A stretch of DNA of 63,014 bases, the filler included, from Ministeria vibrans ATCC 50519 (taxonomy: Eukaryota > Protista > Filasterea): the NCBI GenBank assembly GCA_943704425.1. It is 5 parts of 5 records of this genome, joined end to end, with 100 filler letters (N's around TTAATTAATTAA, not from the genome) between each part and the next. Parts side by side here need not be neighbours in the genome. Positions count along the whole stretch, not along the records: positions 1 to 27,976 come from CALSCP010002053.1; 4 more parts are not named here. One strand, written 5' to 3'. Shown here piece by piece: positions 1-13,966 of this stretch (position 1 is the first letter of the stretch; every line of letters begins with the position of its first letter). The position numbers were made by a program, and so were the translations under genes. The notes beneath the pieces are model-generated. The model saw nothing but the letters and a program-made list of their open reading frames with translations, did not search any database and was not told the origin of the DNA.

Positions 1-60
<60 letters not shown>

Positions 61-74
61 TATATAATTTATAC

Positions 75-3000
75 CGAGTGCTGCTTTGTCCACAAAACGA
101 AGGTCTTTGTAAAAATGGGCAGCGTCGGGATAGTGCTGACGAACAGTGCGTGCAATGAACATGAGCAGTGACTGTTTCTTGTCGGACGAGCGAGTGTCGT
201 TGAGACGGTCAAAAGAGGTCACCTATGGAAAAAAAAATGGTGTCAAACGAAACAAAAGTATTGTAGGGAGTATTGGAGTGCTTACTTTGAAACCGTAAAC
301 ACCGCCACGTTTTGCTGAGTTAAGATAGTTTCCAAAGGCCAAAATGACTTCGAGAACGACGACAAACCGCTCGGAGGAGCGCAGGGCATTGCTTGCAACA
401 ATGATCGCGTCAATTTGCGGCATAATGTACCTGAATGGATCAAAAACAAGTCAGTGACACAAGAAAATAATAAGTGTAATTTCGTACTGGAGATCCTGGT
501 CAAAGGTGCCCATAAAGTACATGGCGCGCAGCTTCTGCTCGTAGCGCTCAATCTTGGTCATTTCGTAGAGGAAGCGATCACCCTCGGCGAGCTGCTTGTC
601 TTCGCTGACCTTCTCAGCAAGCAACAGACGCTCTTCGGCCGTTGGAACGACCTTGAGCAGCAAATCAACGTGTTCGGGGACAAGCGTGCGCAGGTCGGCC
701 GACTCGATAGCGTGTGTGATCTGTTCGGCAGTGAGACCAATGCGGCGTGTCGCCAGCACCACGTTGCGCGACCGGTTGCTGTCAATCACGTGCACCTTGG
801 CCTTCTTCCCTTCAGGTTGATTCAACGAAAACTTTCGGTCCAAACGCGCCTACACACATAAATAGTAATACATACACAGGTCCAAAACGTTAAAATAGAA
901 AAACGTTGCATTTGTGAAAAATGTTTAGAATGTACCTGAATTTCATGGGAACGAGTGTTGGTTTTGAAGAGCTCCTCAAACTCGCCAAAGTTGAGCTCTT
1001 CGTGAACGTGTTCGTCGTCGAGTTTCTCGAAAATGGTGTTCTTGGTGGCGCGCAGGGGCTGCCAGTTGAGAGTGGGCAAAGGCACATTTGGTCTATAACA
1101 GAAGAATAATAAACACACAATGATTATTATTATTCATTATCGCGATTCTTCTTTATTTTGTTTCTCTTTTTGTTGTTACCTGATGACTCGCTTTGCCTCG
1201 CGAAGACCATCGAGTGTGCCCATGTTGTTCATCATGCCGAGCATGGGTGGTGCGGCGGGAGGCGGAGGCATGCCGTTGTCGCCCATGGGCGGTGGGGGAG
1301 CAGGGGGCATGGGAATGTCGGCCATGGGCTCGGCTGTGATGCCGCCGACAATGGACGAGCGACGACGCGCTGAGATGCCACCCGACAAGTCAGTGGGCGC
1401 AGCGGCCGGTGGTGGGGGTACACCTTCGTCGTCGCTGTCACTGTCGTCGTCATCATCATCTGCATCACCGCCGAGTGCGCCGCCCTCACCGCCCTCCGCC
1501 TGAGTCTTGGCAATCTCTTCGTCTGCGAGCGCCGTGATCTCGGTGTCTTCGGCGAGCGCATCGTCAATCAGCGAGTGCATACCCTGTGCCTTCAGTTGCG
1601 CATCGAGTTTGGCCGCCTCGCGTCGCAACATGTTGGGTTTGCCCAGACGCAACTTCATCACACCAATCTTCTTCTTGAGCAGCTCGACTGTGCGCTCGTA
1701 CGACTCGAGCTTCTCAATGTTCTTGGCGGCGTCGGCGTGAGAGTTGTCGCGGTCTGCCGTGACCGTGCCGAGTTCCTTCTCGAGGGTCGCAATGCGCTCC
1801 ATGAGCGTATTCTGGGTCTCTTCGGCAGACTCCTTTGTCATTTGGAGTTCGTCTTCGAGCTTGGCGGCGAGCTTGAGGGCCGCCTTGGCCTCGCTGACAC
1901 CGCGCTGGAGAATGCCCACGTCGACATAGTTGTCGCGGTATGCACTGAGCTGGCCATGGAGTACCAGGTCGGGGTTCTGTTCGAGCTTGGCGAGGATGCT
2001 GCCAAGGCCCAGGTAGGTGAACTCGCCCTGGAGGTACACGCGCATGTTCATGTCCTCGCACGAGTGCACGACGACATTGATGAGCGACATACAGGCAATC
2101 TGGAAGTCTGTGGCGTCGCGCGATCGGTCGCTGGCGTGCTTGTTGAGTACCCTGATGAGGTACTCGAAGCGCGCGCGTTCGTTGTGGACGACGCGGAAGT
2201 TGTCAAAGGCATCGAGGAAGCGACGGTGACCGTCGCCCACTAGACAAATGGCACCGAGAAGCTCAAAGATGAGCACGAGAGTCTTGAGGGACGCCTTGTA
2301 GACGTTGAGCGCGATCAGTTTGATCGAGTCGTCGTGCATCATGACGCTGTTGAAGCCATACGAGTTGTTCATGAGTGCCTTGAGACAAACAATGCAGCGA
2401 TCGGCATCCTCGAGCTTGGCCGAGTCGTTGTCGGTACGCAGTGCGTCCGAGAGGACACCCAAGTACACGAGGAGCACGTCTGTGCCGTTGTGAGGGGCGT
2501 CGCAAAACTCCTTGACCCACGAGAGGGCGTTGGTCGACAGCGAAATGGCAAGATGGTTCAACATTTCGCCGCTCGCCATCATTTCCTTGGGCAGCTTCTT
2601 GCGCCCTTCACCACGAAAGTCTGCGTAGGCACGCAACACACGGATGAAGAAGGAGGCCGCATATCGACTCTGGTTGGAGTTTTTATCGTAAATGAGACGC
2701 CATTTCTTCTCGGGAGGCAGTTTCATGACCTACACACATACACACACACAAAGGTCAACATAATGGTTTTTAGAGGTGCGGTTTGACATTGAGTGAAAAA
2801 GTCAAATCTTGTCATTGTTTCGCTCGTCGCACCTCCATGAGCTCGGCGTCGGGCAAGTTCATATCGTCAAGGAACCTCATGAACATCTTTTGGAGATTCT
2901 CTTCACTGCAAAACGCAAAGGGGAGAGAAAGTAAGTGTAAGTTGGAAAAACAAATGTTGGCGATCTCGAGAATGAGAAAAAGAAAAATAGAGAGCGCGAG

Positions 3001-3888
3001 CGACACAGACAAGACTTGCAGTTGAGATTGATGTGTGTTATGTGAGTGTAGAGGGGCGCTGGGGAGTTGAGGAGCCTCGAGGTGAGTGTGAGAGGCGTTT
3101 CAGACAAGTGAGCAAAACACAAAAAAAAAACATCCACACGACAAGAGGACAATTGCGCAAGACAAGTGGTCGCAGGCGGTGGTGCAGCGGCAAATCAATG
3201 GGGCGAGTGGGTGAATTCGCGCCCGCTGAGACGCGGAGGGCGCGTAGGAGAGAGGAGAGTGAGAATATCAACGAAAAAGCCGTCGTCACTTTTTTGGTTT
3301 GATTCGCTGTTTTTTTTAAGCACATCGCGTGTAGACAGGGAGACGGGTTCAGCGGCGAGAATAGTTGGAGTAGACGTGTTTGTCTGGGGTGTGGAGCGCA
3401 AGGGGGCGGGGAGAGCAGGCGAGGAGAGCGTGAGCGGTGAAAGAACGTTTTTAAGGACACGTAAATCGGAATGAAAAAAAAGAAAGTCACAGACTGTGTG
3501 TGAAAGAGAAGCAAGCAGGCCCGACCCAGCGGCGCGGAGACGGGGGCCAAGACGACATGCAAGCAGGGGAGCGGGAGCAAGGGCGGCGGCAGAGCGCGAT
3601 GGGGGCGCAGGGACAGCAAACAGAGCGGAGAGAGGCGAGGGGGATCTGCAGCGGTCACAGAAACTGTCAAACCGCCCGTGCGCAATGCATGCCGCGCCCC
3701 CCTCCCCACGCACACCCGCCGCGCGTCGCCCGATGCCCACTGCAGTCCACAGGACCGCGTTCGAGAGCGACTCTGTGTTTCGCCCTTTTTTTTCCTTTTT
3801 CTCCTTTTGATATTTCGAACCTGGGCATTGGAAGGTCATCGAAAGTCAGCACCTTGGCGGGTGCCTCCTTTGACGAAGATCCTCCCAT
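75..3888 (-). CDS. FMNL/diaphanous-related formin (GBD-FH3, FH1, FH2); 3' end runs off the window
   Basis: Spliced exons 3888-3821, 2905-2833, 2729-~1180, ~1092-937, ~849-494, ~430-285 and ~222-75 give MGGSSSK...LPMPSEENLQKMFMRFLDDMNLP...PPEKKWRLIYD (Drf GBD), FH3 (FQIACMSLINVVVHS, RVYLQGEFTYLGL), polyproline FH1 and FH2 (LPTLNW, LAFGNYLN, GVYGFK). MG start resembles myristoylated FMNLs. Confidence 0.93.
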
Positions 3889-4043
3889 GTTGGAGCAAGG
3901 AGAAGAATTTTTTTACGATTATTATCGTAAAAATTGCGATAAGTTCAAATCGATGATCGATTGATCGACTCACAATAAAATATAAATCTCACTTTTTTTG
4001 GTTGTGTGTCTGTGGATTTCTGACTCGGTGGACAAGGCTGGAT

Positions 4044-4896
4044 ATGTTGATTCTTTCAAGAGTGATGCTCTCTGCAACGAGACCGATGCGCGCTGCGGCA
4101 TGGATGAGCATGAGGAATTTCAGTTCGAGAACTGATCAACTTCGCTCAGAGGAGATGGAAGCACCGTCGCAGATACTGCAACGACTTGGTGCGTAGTAGG
4201 AGCCTAGGGGCTCGAGCCTCAAGATGGAGGGGACGGGAGACGAGTGGGCGGGAGAGCAAATGGAAAACGAACGACTGACTGACTGACACACTCTGTCCTC
4301 TTTCACACAGAAACCGACAGCATGAGCCACATTACAGACTACGGGCCGCATGGGTTTACAGTCAACGGACTCCATTTTGCCTCGCCCGTTGCCGTCTTTC
4401 CCACCTTCTCTCTCATTTGGAAGGTGATCGACTCACACACATAATAATTATTACCTATACTATATTTTCTTGGTGGTCACAATCAAGTTGAACGTCTGTT
4501 ACTTTGTAGCCGAGGACCTTTGAAGAATTGTCCGTTGAGTCATTGTCTCTCTTCACTCTGTACAGACCGAAACTTGGTGCGGCACACGCGAGAAACGGGT
4601 CCTTTCTAAATATGCATGTTCTATACTGGTAGATATTCTATTGATTGGGAGTGGCAAACGGATTCAACCACTAAGTCCGGAAGTCAAACAGTTTGCACAG
4701 CGTCACAGGCTGCATTTGGAAGTCGTCGATTCGGTTAGGGAGTCGAACGCGCAGAGAAAAATACTCACTGGGCTCCATCGGTATATGTGTCTGTCTATGT
4801 GTTTTCTAGGCCAATGCATGCTCCACATTCAACTTTTTAGTGCAAGAGGGCCGCATGGTCGCGGCCGGTCTCATTCCCATTGGAAAGTTGTCGTGA
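4044..4896 (+). CDS. NDUFAF3: Mitochondrial complex I assembly factor, Mth938/DUF498 domain (5 exons)
   Basis: Spliced product: Arg-rich presequence-like N-terminus, HITDYGPHGFTVNG...SPVAVFP...WK|PRTFEELSVESLSLF...KL|DILLIGSG...LEVVDS|ANACSTFNFLVQEGRMVAAGLIP; all introns GT-AG. Confidence 0.9.
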
Positions 4897-4926
4897 AAAA
4901 TGTTTTAATGTTACTCGATTGATTGT

Positions 4927-5824
<898 letters not shown>

Positions 5825-6085
5825 TGATATCAAATACTTCTATAAAAGTAATCAATAAATTAATTAAATCAATCGATTGAATCGAAGGACCAATTCGTCC
5901 GGGAAAGTGAAAAGAGGGTGAGTGTTGTGGTCTGTGCAGTCTCCAGTCTGGCATCGTCTGTGCGTGACCTAGCTCGCATGAGTTTATTTATTGAGTGTGA
6001 ACTACTTACATTGAATACTTTACACTATATTAATTTATGATGTTTCACACCACACACACACACACACACAGTTTTACACTTTGAA

Positions 6086-6631
6086 TCATTCATCCTTCTT
6101 TTGCCGCTGCCAATCTGAAGTATTGGCTTTGGTCGCTTTGGTTGCGTTGGTCGCGTTGAGAAGTTTGACTTCACGCCAAGAGATGCAGAGCAGTGCGCCA
6201 TTGAGAACGTATGATGTGAGACACACAACACACAAGTCATGTAAGAGAAACGCCAGAATGTACGCCAAGTAGACACAGCTGAGACACGCAAGACTGGTAG
6301 CAGCAAAGATGCCGTAGGCAAAGACCCAGTGCTTGGAAGAGAGCAGACCGACGAGGAGAGAGCACACAAAGAACAACAGACCGACAAGAACATTCGGGAC
6401 ATTCAGCCAATGGTCGTCGCCCAGAAGCGCTCCAGCGATGCCAAAGCCCCGCCCATACTTGCTGCGAAAGACCGTCGAGCACGAGACAGACGCGTGAAGG
6501 TCACAAGCGGGCGAGAAGGTGGAGTCCAATTCGAGATTCCGCTGTGTGTCCAGCGCGTAAAGAGAGAGCGCAATTCCACCCAGGCAAAGTGCAAGGCGAG
6601 GCCAGAACACCTGCAAAGAATGGGAATCCAT
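6086..6631 (-). CDS. VKORC1: Vitamin K epoxide reductase family protein (VKORC1-like), single exon
   Basis: 181 aa with four hydrophobic segments, loop cysteines (ACDLHASVSCSTVFRSKYGRGFG), LNVPN and the active-site CVVC. Confidence 0.92.
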   Translation of the reverse strand: MDSHSLQVFWPRLALCLGGIALSLYALDTQRNLELDSTFSPACDLHASVSCSTVFRSKYGRGFGIAGALLGDDHWLNVPNVLVGLLFFVCSLLVGLLSSKHWVFAYGIFAATSLACLSCVYLAYILAFLLHDLCVVCLTSYVLNGALLCISWREVKLLNATNATKATKANTSDWQRQKKDE

Positions 6632-6703
6632 TGAAAGAAACGATTTGTTGTGTTTAATCTTATCCGATTACTCAAATATCATTTTCTTTCACACACTTTT
6701 TTA

Positions 6704-9700
6704 ATGTCTGAGGACGAGGACGACTCGGGCGAGTGGCACGTCGTCGTTCGTCGACGACCAGGCGGTGGAATTGCGTGGTCTGTGCCAGCCAAGGGCAAAG
6801 CGGCCAGGCCGCCGTCGAAGAAAAGCCGGTCGTCAGTGGCAACGACAACAACAGCAACAACAACGACCGCACCGGCGGCGTCGACACCACCACCATCACC
6901 ACCACCACCACCGCCGCCGCCGACTTTTGCGGCAGGTGCGCCGGCAGCGGCAGCCGCACAGCGAGTGTCTGACAACGAACTCGAACACCAACGAGAAACG
7001 CGCACCTTCAATGTGATGCTCTACGACCTCCAGTGCGCCATCGACAGCCTCTACTTGCTGTGCGAGTCGGCGTCTGCCGTCGAGTGCGACGACCTTGTCA
7101 CGGTGCTTGAGACTGCGCGCGTCGACTTTAGTGCACTCGCTGATCGGCACCACTTGCTCGACGAGTACCTCGAAGACAGCAACACGAGCGGCGGCATTGC
7201 ATGGGAAGTGCGAAAATCCACGTCACGAGGGAGCACCATTGGTGGCGGTGGCGGTGGTGGTGCTTTGGGTGAGAGTGGCGCGGTGCTAAGTTACGCTGAT
7301 AGTGTGCGTCGCAACACGTCGCGTACGGCATCTCGCACGGTCACTGCGACGGCGACAGCCGCCCGGGACAGCATCCCGCTCATTGTAGACGACTCGGAGT
7401 GGCCCCAGACAGACACAGTTGAAGACAACCTGAGCGACTCGGACACGACGCCGAACCCACTCAAACGCAGTGCCTCCCTCCCGAGCCACGCCAATGCGAC
7501 CAACGTGTCGTTTAACCCGCCTCTCACCACACAACAGAATGCGCTGCACGAGCGTCTCAGTAGTCCGCAGCGACGTCGGCGTTCCATTGAGGAACTTCGA
7601 CGTGCCGAGCAAGAGCGCATGCAACGTGCGGCACAACTGCGCGAAGAGCTGCACCAGGAACGCGCTCTGAAATTGCGTCGTGTCAGCGAACGCGTGAAGG
7701 GAGTCCATGAGGCGTATCGCGAAAAGAGACGACGCGCCCAAAAGCAGTTTGACGAGAAGATGTCGCGGGCGGCAGAGCTGCGTGGTGCACACCTACGCGA
7801 GCGTGTACGCAAGGCACAGGAGGAGGAGGCCAAGGTGCAGGAAGTGGCATTTATTGCGTCGCTTGAGGCGGAGAATCGACGGCGCGAGGCAGAGGCGCGT
7901 GAGGAGCAGGAGCGCGCACGGGCACAGGTGGTGGAGACGCAGCGAAGTGCACGACGGGCGAGCAAGGCAGCACGCGAGGAGGCCGTGCAGCGACGTCGTA
8001 GGGAGCTCGAGGAAATGCGACTCGAGCGCAATCGGCTGCTTTTGGTGCGTAGGCGTGCCAAAGAGACGCAGCTGGAACAGGAGCGAGAGCAGCGTGAACG
8101 GGAGCGTGAAAGGGAGCGCATGGAACGTCGTGAGATGGAAGAGCGACGTCGTGAGGAGCGTCGGCAGGTAGCACAAGCGACCAAAGGAGCACTGCAGCAG
8201 CGACTGGACACGGCACTGGCGGGCTCGGAGAAACGACGCGAGGAGCACTTGAGGGAACGGAGTGCGTTGGCGACAGGAAGTAGTGCGGTGGCAGTGCGTT
8301 CAAGGGAGGAGTCGGGGGTAGATGGGTCGGCTGAAAGTGAAAGTGGAAGTGAGGGGGAGAGTAGCCAGACGAGTGGCAAGAAGATGTCGCAGCAGCAGCA
8401 GCCGAGAAGGAGACGACGTGGAAAACGTCTGAAGAAGCGCAAGAGCACACTTAGTCGTGGTACTGCTGCTGCGACCCATATTGCTGTCACAGCGAGTGAT
8501 GCTGTGAAGACGGAAGAGACAAAAGGAGAAGTGGTGGAGCAGGTGGTGGCAATGCTGAGGGAGGGAGAGCGGAGTGTACAGAGGCGAGCGCGTAAGACAC
8601 GCCAGCGCATGATGCTGCTGGTGGGCAAGTCGCTGTTGCGCCCAGTAGCAATGTCGCTTGCGGACTCGACATGCGCTTTGCGCTTTACAGTGGCCGCATG
8701 TGTGCGTGGATTGTGGTCAAGTGAGTCGCGCGTTGTTGCGCGTTCCATTGTGGGTCTCGCACGCGCAACGGAAACGGACGAGCGACTACACGCAGAGCTG
8801 GAGGCGATCGGAGTGGTTGCTCGGATGGCACACATTGTGGTGGAGCAGCAGTACAGCGCACTTACGCCCGACACGCTTGTGGCTGCACTCTCTGTTTTGC
8901 GGCATACTCTCAACTCCAACAGACGCAAGAGCAGTGACGATATGTTTGTCAAGTGGAGTGCGCTTCACGCGACCCTCGTGGATGTCCTGGTGGAGGCAGT
9001 GTCGCAAGCGGCAGATGTGCACTCTCGTGATGATGATGACAACAACAAGGCGACGCTTCTTACTCTTGCTCAACTGGCACTTGAACTGCTCACACGCACA
9101 CTTGAACTGACGTATTGCTGTGTCCTTTCTGCACACTCTCTGCTGATGCGTTATGTGTCGCTTTCCGGTGCACTCTATGCACTGCGTTGGATTTTTCAAC
9201 AGGTTCGTAGTAGTGTGGAAGCGAGTGCCGCGTCGCACACCCTCGCCACACACGCAATTGCACTGTGTGTGGCGCTTACCACCGACGGCAGCGCAGGTTT
9301 TGACGCTGAAACACAAACACTCGTGGACGAGAGTGTGGTGCGCACTGAACTGTGCGGCGCCATTGTACAACTGATCCATGCCGTCATGCTGGAACCATCT
9401 GACCGTGATACGCCAGTGCCTTCCGTAGTCACACTCCTTGTCAGCGACAGCGACGACACATCGCGCCTCTCCCTTGTCCGCCAATGCCTCCTGACTCTGT
9501 CGCGTCTTCTCGCTCGTCCCTCGGGTGAGCATCTGCTGCCTGACCAGTGGGCCCAGTCTGCGTCGCTTCTTGCACAACTGCGCCAGTTTGCCGGCGCACT
9601 TCTCCGTCAAGGCAGTCGACGTCTTGTCACTCACCGTCGCACCACAATGCTCACTCCACATACACACACTCTCCTCAGCGACTGTCTCACCGACACCATC

Positions 9701-10065
9701 CACCTTCTGGGACTTCTCGTGCGCTCACGTCAGCCCCACCTGCAGGATCTCCTTCGCCACGGCGCCACGCCCACCCTCTTACAGTCTATGTGTCGCCTTC
9801 CCATTCACTTCTTTACTCTGCCAAAGTGAGCGAAAGGGGGGAAAAGATGAAAAAAAAACCACACTCACTAATTACTTCTTCCATAAGGTTCCAGTGTGCG
9901 CTCCTGCCGACCCTTGCCGCCGCCTGCCACCACAACCCTGCCAGCACTCAAGTCGTCTCGGCCGAACTCTCTTTGCAACTGATCACTGACTTTTTTGCTG
10001 ACGAGTTACTCTCCTCACTTCCCAGTGTCGTGCGTTGCTTTTCTGTACGTCCCGCAGTCTTTTGA
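6704..10065 (+). CDS. SCAPER: S-phase cyclin A-associated protein in the ER
   Basis: N-domain LQCAIDSLYLLCE...DFSAL...IAWEVRK, LHERLSSP, long E/R coiled coil with AQEEEAKVQEVAFI, and C-terminal PTLLQSMCRLPIHFF|...LLPTLAAACHHN; one intron at about 9826-9887. Confidence 0.9.
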
Positions 10066-10249
10066 ATGTAATTATTTTGTTTTGTAAAAATGTAATCGAC
10101 CAATACTAATGGAAAGATAGAGCGAGCGTCGCTTTCAAGTTTAGCATTGCAAAGCTTGTCTCTTGTGTTGTGCACGCTGGAGTTCCTGCTTTAATTTGTG
10201 ATCTGCCATTCTCTCACACATACGACATACAATATAGAATATCACACAA

Positions 10250-10314
10250 TAATAGTTATAACAACAATAATTAATAATAATAATAAAAATTAATAATAAT
10301 TATTTACAATAATC

Positions 10315-10362
<48 letters not shown>

Positions 10363-10365
10363 TTT
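10250..10365. repeat. (TAA)n microsatellite
   Basis: Run of aataataat seen directly. Confidence 0.95.
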
Positions 10366-10852
10366 TATAGTTTGCGGATGCCTTGATGATTATGTAGGAA
10401 TGTCACAAGCACCTCTGTGTTCTCCCATATTACCGTTATGGTTACCGCTAGTAGTTTAGTATATTGCCCTAGGATTTCCAAAAAAAAAAATAGTTTAGTA
10501 TTATTATAATAATTATGAAAAATAAAGCGGTACTCGTAATAATAATAAATTTTATTATCAGAAAGGCTTGTCTATCAATCTAAAGCCCAATGCGCTTCTA
10601 CCGCTCAAAATCCCAACTTCCGCGCATCTATGGTGTTCCAACTCTCATTATAACCCTATTGGTGGCAGTTGCTGCACGATTCACTGCACTTTAGATCTTT
10701 TTCACACGCGAATATTATCCCGGAACCAAAAATAATAACAGTAATAATTATTATTATTTGTCACTCTTTTCTCTCTCACTCACTCTCTCTCTCTCTCTTC
10801 CTCTCTCTCACTCACTCACTCACTCACTCTCTGCCTGTGTCTCCGCCTGTGT

Positions 10853-12339
10853 ATGACTTCCACCCACGCGTCTCTTGCGGACCCGTGCGACTCGAGTGAC
10901 GACACTCTCGCGTGTCTCGCGCCGTCGCGCCGCATTGTCGGGCGCTTCCAGGTGGAGCAGCGCGTCGCCATCGCCCACGGCACCCCCTGTCTCGGCGACG
11001 TGCAGGTGTACTGCGGCGTGGCCGTGGACGACCCCGGCTGCCGTGTGCGCATTAAGGCGCTGGCAAAGGCCAACTTCGACAGGGTGGCGTGTCGCAAGGC
11101 AACGCAAGCCGAGATCGCAACCCTGCAACTCGTCCGCGCCCACCCCGCCTTCCTCACGCTGGAGGGCATCTACGAGGACGACCGTGCCATCTACTTTGCC
11201 TCCAACGACCTCGCCCACGACGGCTTTGTCGACGCTTCACGCGTTGTTGACGTTGCCCTTGACGCCCTCCCATCCCCCAAGTTCATTCGCTCCATCGCCC
11301 GCCAACTCGCCGCCGGCCTCGCCTTCCTACACTCCCACAGCATTGTTCACCGCGACATCAAGCTGTCAAATGTCGCCGTTCGTGGGTACGTCCGACATCC
11401 AAACCAAACAACGACTTTCGTTTCTATGTCCCCATTTCGCACTCCCTCTGCACGCCATCGATGCAGCCCACTCCCCTTTGAAATCAATAGACACTCTTAT
11501 GATGACTCTACCCCGCCGCCTTTCCGCCTGGGAAACCTCCCTGAATTGCCCGGAGTTGATCAGTGTGAATGTGTTTTTTTTGGCACCATGTGAAATCCTG
11601 CGCCCACGCCCGAAGCGGGCCGGTTCTGCCGCATTCGCCCTTCGATAGACGCCTTCTAGCCTCTACGCGCCCCTTCTTGCCGAAATGGTGCACGTCTGCG
11701 TGCGATCCGTTGTTTGTTCTGAGCACACCATAACAAGCTCCTTTTTTTGTTCTTTGCATTTCACTCCACAGCGACACGGTGATACTTGCCGACGTGTCCC
11801 GTGCAATGCATGTCCCAGATGGCACGCTGCTGAACGACCATCGCGGCGGAAGTCTGGCCTTCCAGGCGCCTGAAGTGTTCACTCCTCAAAGTCTCACGGT
11901 GGGTGTGGACGGCCGAGCCCTCGACATGTGGGCGCTGGGCGTTGTTCTCCACACATTCGCCACGGGCTCGCTGCCCTTCCACGACCCCAATCCTCGTGTG
12001 ATGGCCGAAAAGATTCGCGTTGGCATATTCCCATCGCCTGACAGCGCCCAACGCACTGCCACCCTCCCCCACGACACCATGCGTCTCCTTCGTGCCCTCC
12101 TCACGCGTGACCCGGCCCAGCGCATTACAGCCGAGCGACTCCTCACGCTCCTCGACGCCATTGACCTGCTCAGCAGCGACCTTCCACGCGAGGACAACGG
12201 TGGGCCCATACGCCGACACCACAGCGCCAGCCGCTCGGCTCGAGCTCTCCTCCGCGCCAATGTGCCTCTACGACGCGCCTCTTTACCCTCCAGCAATGAT
12301 GCGCTGCACAATCGTGATCAGATTGTGCCGCATCACTAA
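10853..12339 (+). CDS. Tribbles-like (pseudo)kinase
   Basis: Intron 11386-11771. HRDIKLSN, DFG replaced by DVS, LNDHRGGSLAFQAPE, DMWALGV...LPFHDPNP...KIRVG, LLTRDPAQR, and C-terminal DQIVP (Tribbles COP1-binding motif). No Gly-rich loop recognisable. Confidence 0.78.
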
Positions 12340-12558
12340 AAAGGTTCTGGTGATATACCCATGTACGTGTAAATACAAGCTTCTGCAATTGTGATTAGGA
12401 CAACCAAATCAACCTTGAATCCATAATATTGTCTCAAGCATTCAATTGGCATCTGTCCAAGGCGGGCAAGAAGCCAAGAATGATTGTTTAGTTCTTCCAA
12501 TATGATGATTTGAAAATTGAATAGAAGTAGAAATAATTATTATCATTAATTTTACTCT

Positions 12559-13854
12559 ATGCGATTGCTCTCCGTCTTTCTCTCCCTCGCGGCTCTTCTT
12601 CTCCCAATTCGCGCATGCTCAACCGATCTTGACTGTAGCCTCAATGGCGTCTGTCAGGCTGCGGCGTGTCAGTGTGACCGGCCTTGGACAGGAGCGCAAT
12701 GGTCAGCACACAACAACACGATCAATGACTAACCTGCCTTGTTTGTTTGTTTGTGTCAGTGATACGATGCAATTCCGCCCGTCTGTCAACCCTGCCGCCT
12801 ATGGATACGAAGGAGGCCCGTTCAATCCCACGTCCTGGGGTGGAAATGTGATCTTTGATGAGCGCGACGGTCTCTACCATCTCTTTGTCGCTGAGATGGC
12901 CGGCGCTCACTGCGGTCTGCACGTCTGGGGGTCTCAGTCGCAGGTCGGCCTGTGCGGTTCCTCGTGTGCTTTGCTGACTGACATGATTCTCTTTCATTCC
13001 CGTCTCCTCCTTAGGTGGTGCACGCTGTGTCCAAGTCCATCGATGGGCCATTTGAGCGCGAGTCGGTTGTCATTCCGACTCAGTCGCACAACCCTCAAGC
13101 GATCCTCATCAACTCCACCTACTACATCTTCCACATTGGCGGAGGCAACTCGGGTGCTTTCAAAAACTGCAACGAGAGCGAGCCTCACAACAACACGAGC
13201 ACCCGTGTGATGGCAGAGGGCAGCGTCATACACTACTCCACATCGCCTTCGGGGCCCTTCCTGCCCCTTCCCCTGCCCCCCTCCGCCAACTACCCCTCCT
13301 GCAACAACCCCTCGCCCTACTTGGCCCGCAACGGGTCGCTCTTCGTCGCCTGCCACTGGTCCCTGCGCCAGTCCCCGTCCGGCGACCCGCGCGGGCCCTA
13401 CCTCCCCCAGCGCCCTATCCCCACCCCGGCCCCAACGCCCCCGCTCGGCCGACACTGGGAAGACCCCTTTCTTTACCAAGACCATCGCGGTCACTGGCAC
13501 GTGCTCGCCCACACATTTGCCATGCCTGCCTACCCACAATTCTCCATCTCGGGGCACCTCTTCAGTCCCGACGCCCTCACCTGGCACCCTTCCCCCACCG
13601 AACCCTTCAACGCAACCGTCCACTTTGTCTCTCACCCCACAAAGACCTTTGCAACCCTCGAGCGTCCCAAGCTCTTCTTCGACCCGACAACCCTGCGCCC
13701 CACACACCTCTTCCTCGGCGCCTCGCCCGCCCTTCTTCCCTGCGCCCAGTGCTCCAGCCAGCGCTGCAGTGCCTGCAAGCAGAGCTGGAAGGGCAACACT
13801 CCCGATCAGGTTGATCTCGACTGGGACTACACTCTCGTGCGTCCACTCGCCTGA
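12559..13854 (+). CDS. Secreted EGF-like + five-bladed beta-propeller glycoside hydrolase (GH43/62/32/68/117/130-like)
   Basis: Signal peptide MRLLSVFLSLAALLLPIRA, CSTDLDCSLNGVC...CQCDRPWTGAQC, SWGG, YHLFVAEM, HNPQ, NNPS, EDPFLY, LERPKLFF; two introns. Confidence 0.82.
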
Positions 13855-13966
13855 CACAATAATTATGATATTTGAAAAATATAATAATATAAAATGCAAC
13901 TTTTTGGTTTGGTGATACAGTGAATATAAATTAGGAGAGAGACAGAGAGACAGAGAAGCGAGGAAG

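Noticed and set aside
7291-8952. Long antisense ORFs (e.g. 553 aa opposite SCAPER, 441 aa at 12994-14319)
   Set aside because: Shadow frames of GC-rich coding sequence; the 441-aa ORF is LYSET exon 2 read through introns and the opposite-strand gene.
11499-11545. ATGATGA...CTGA in the Tribbles-like intron as a C/D snoRNA
   Set aside because: Spacing of about 46 nt is short, with no terminal stem or guide sequence recognised.
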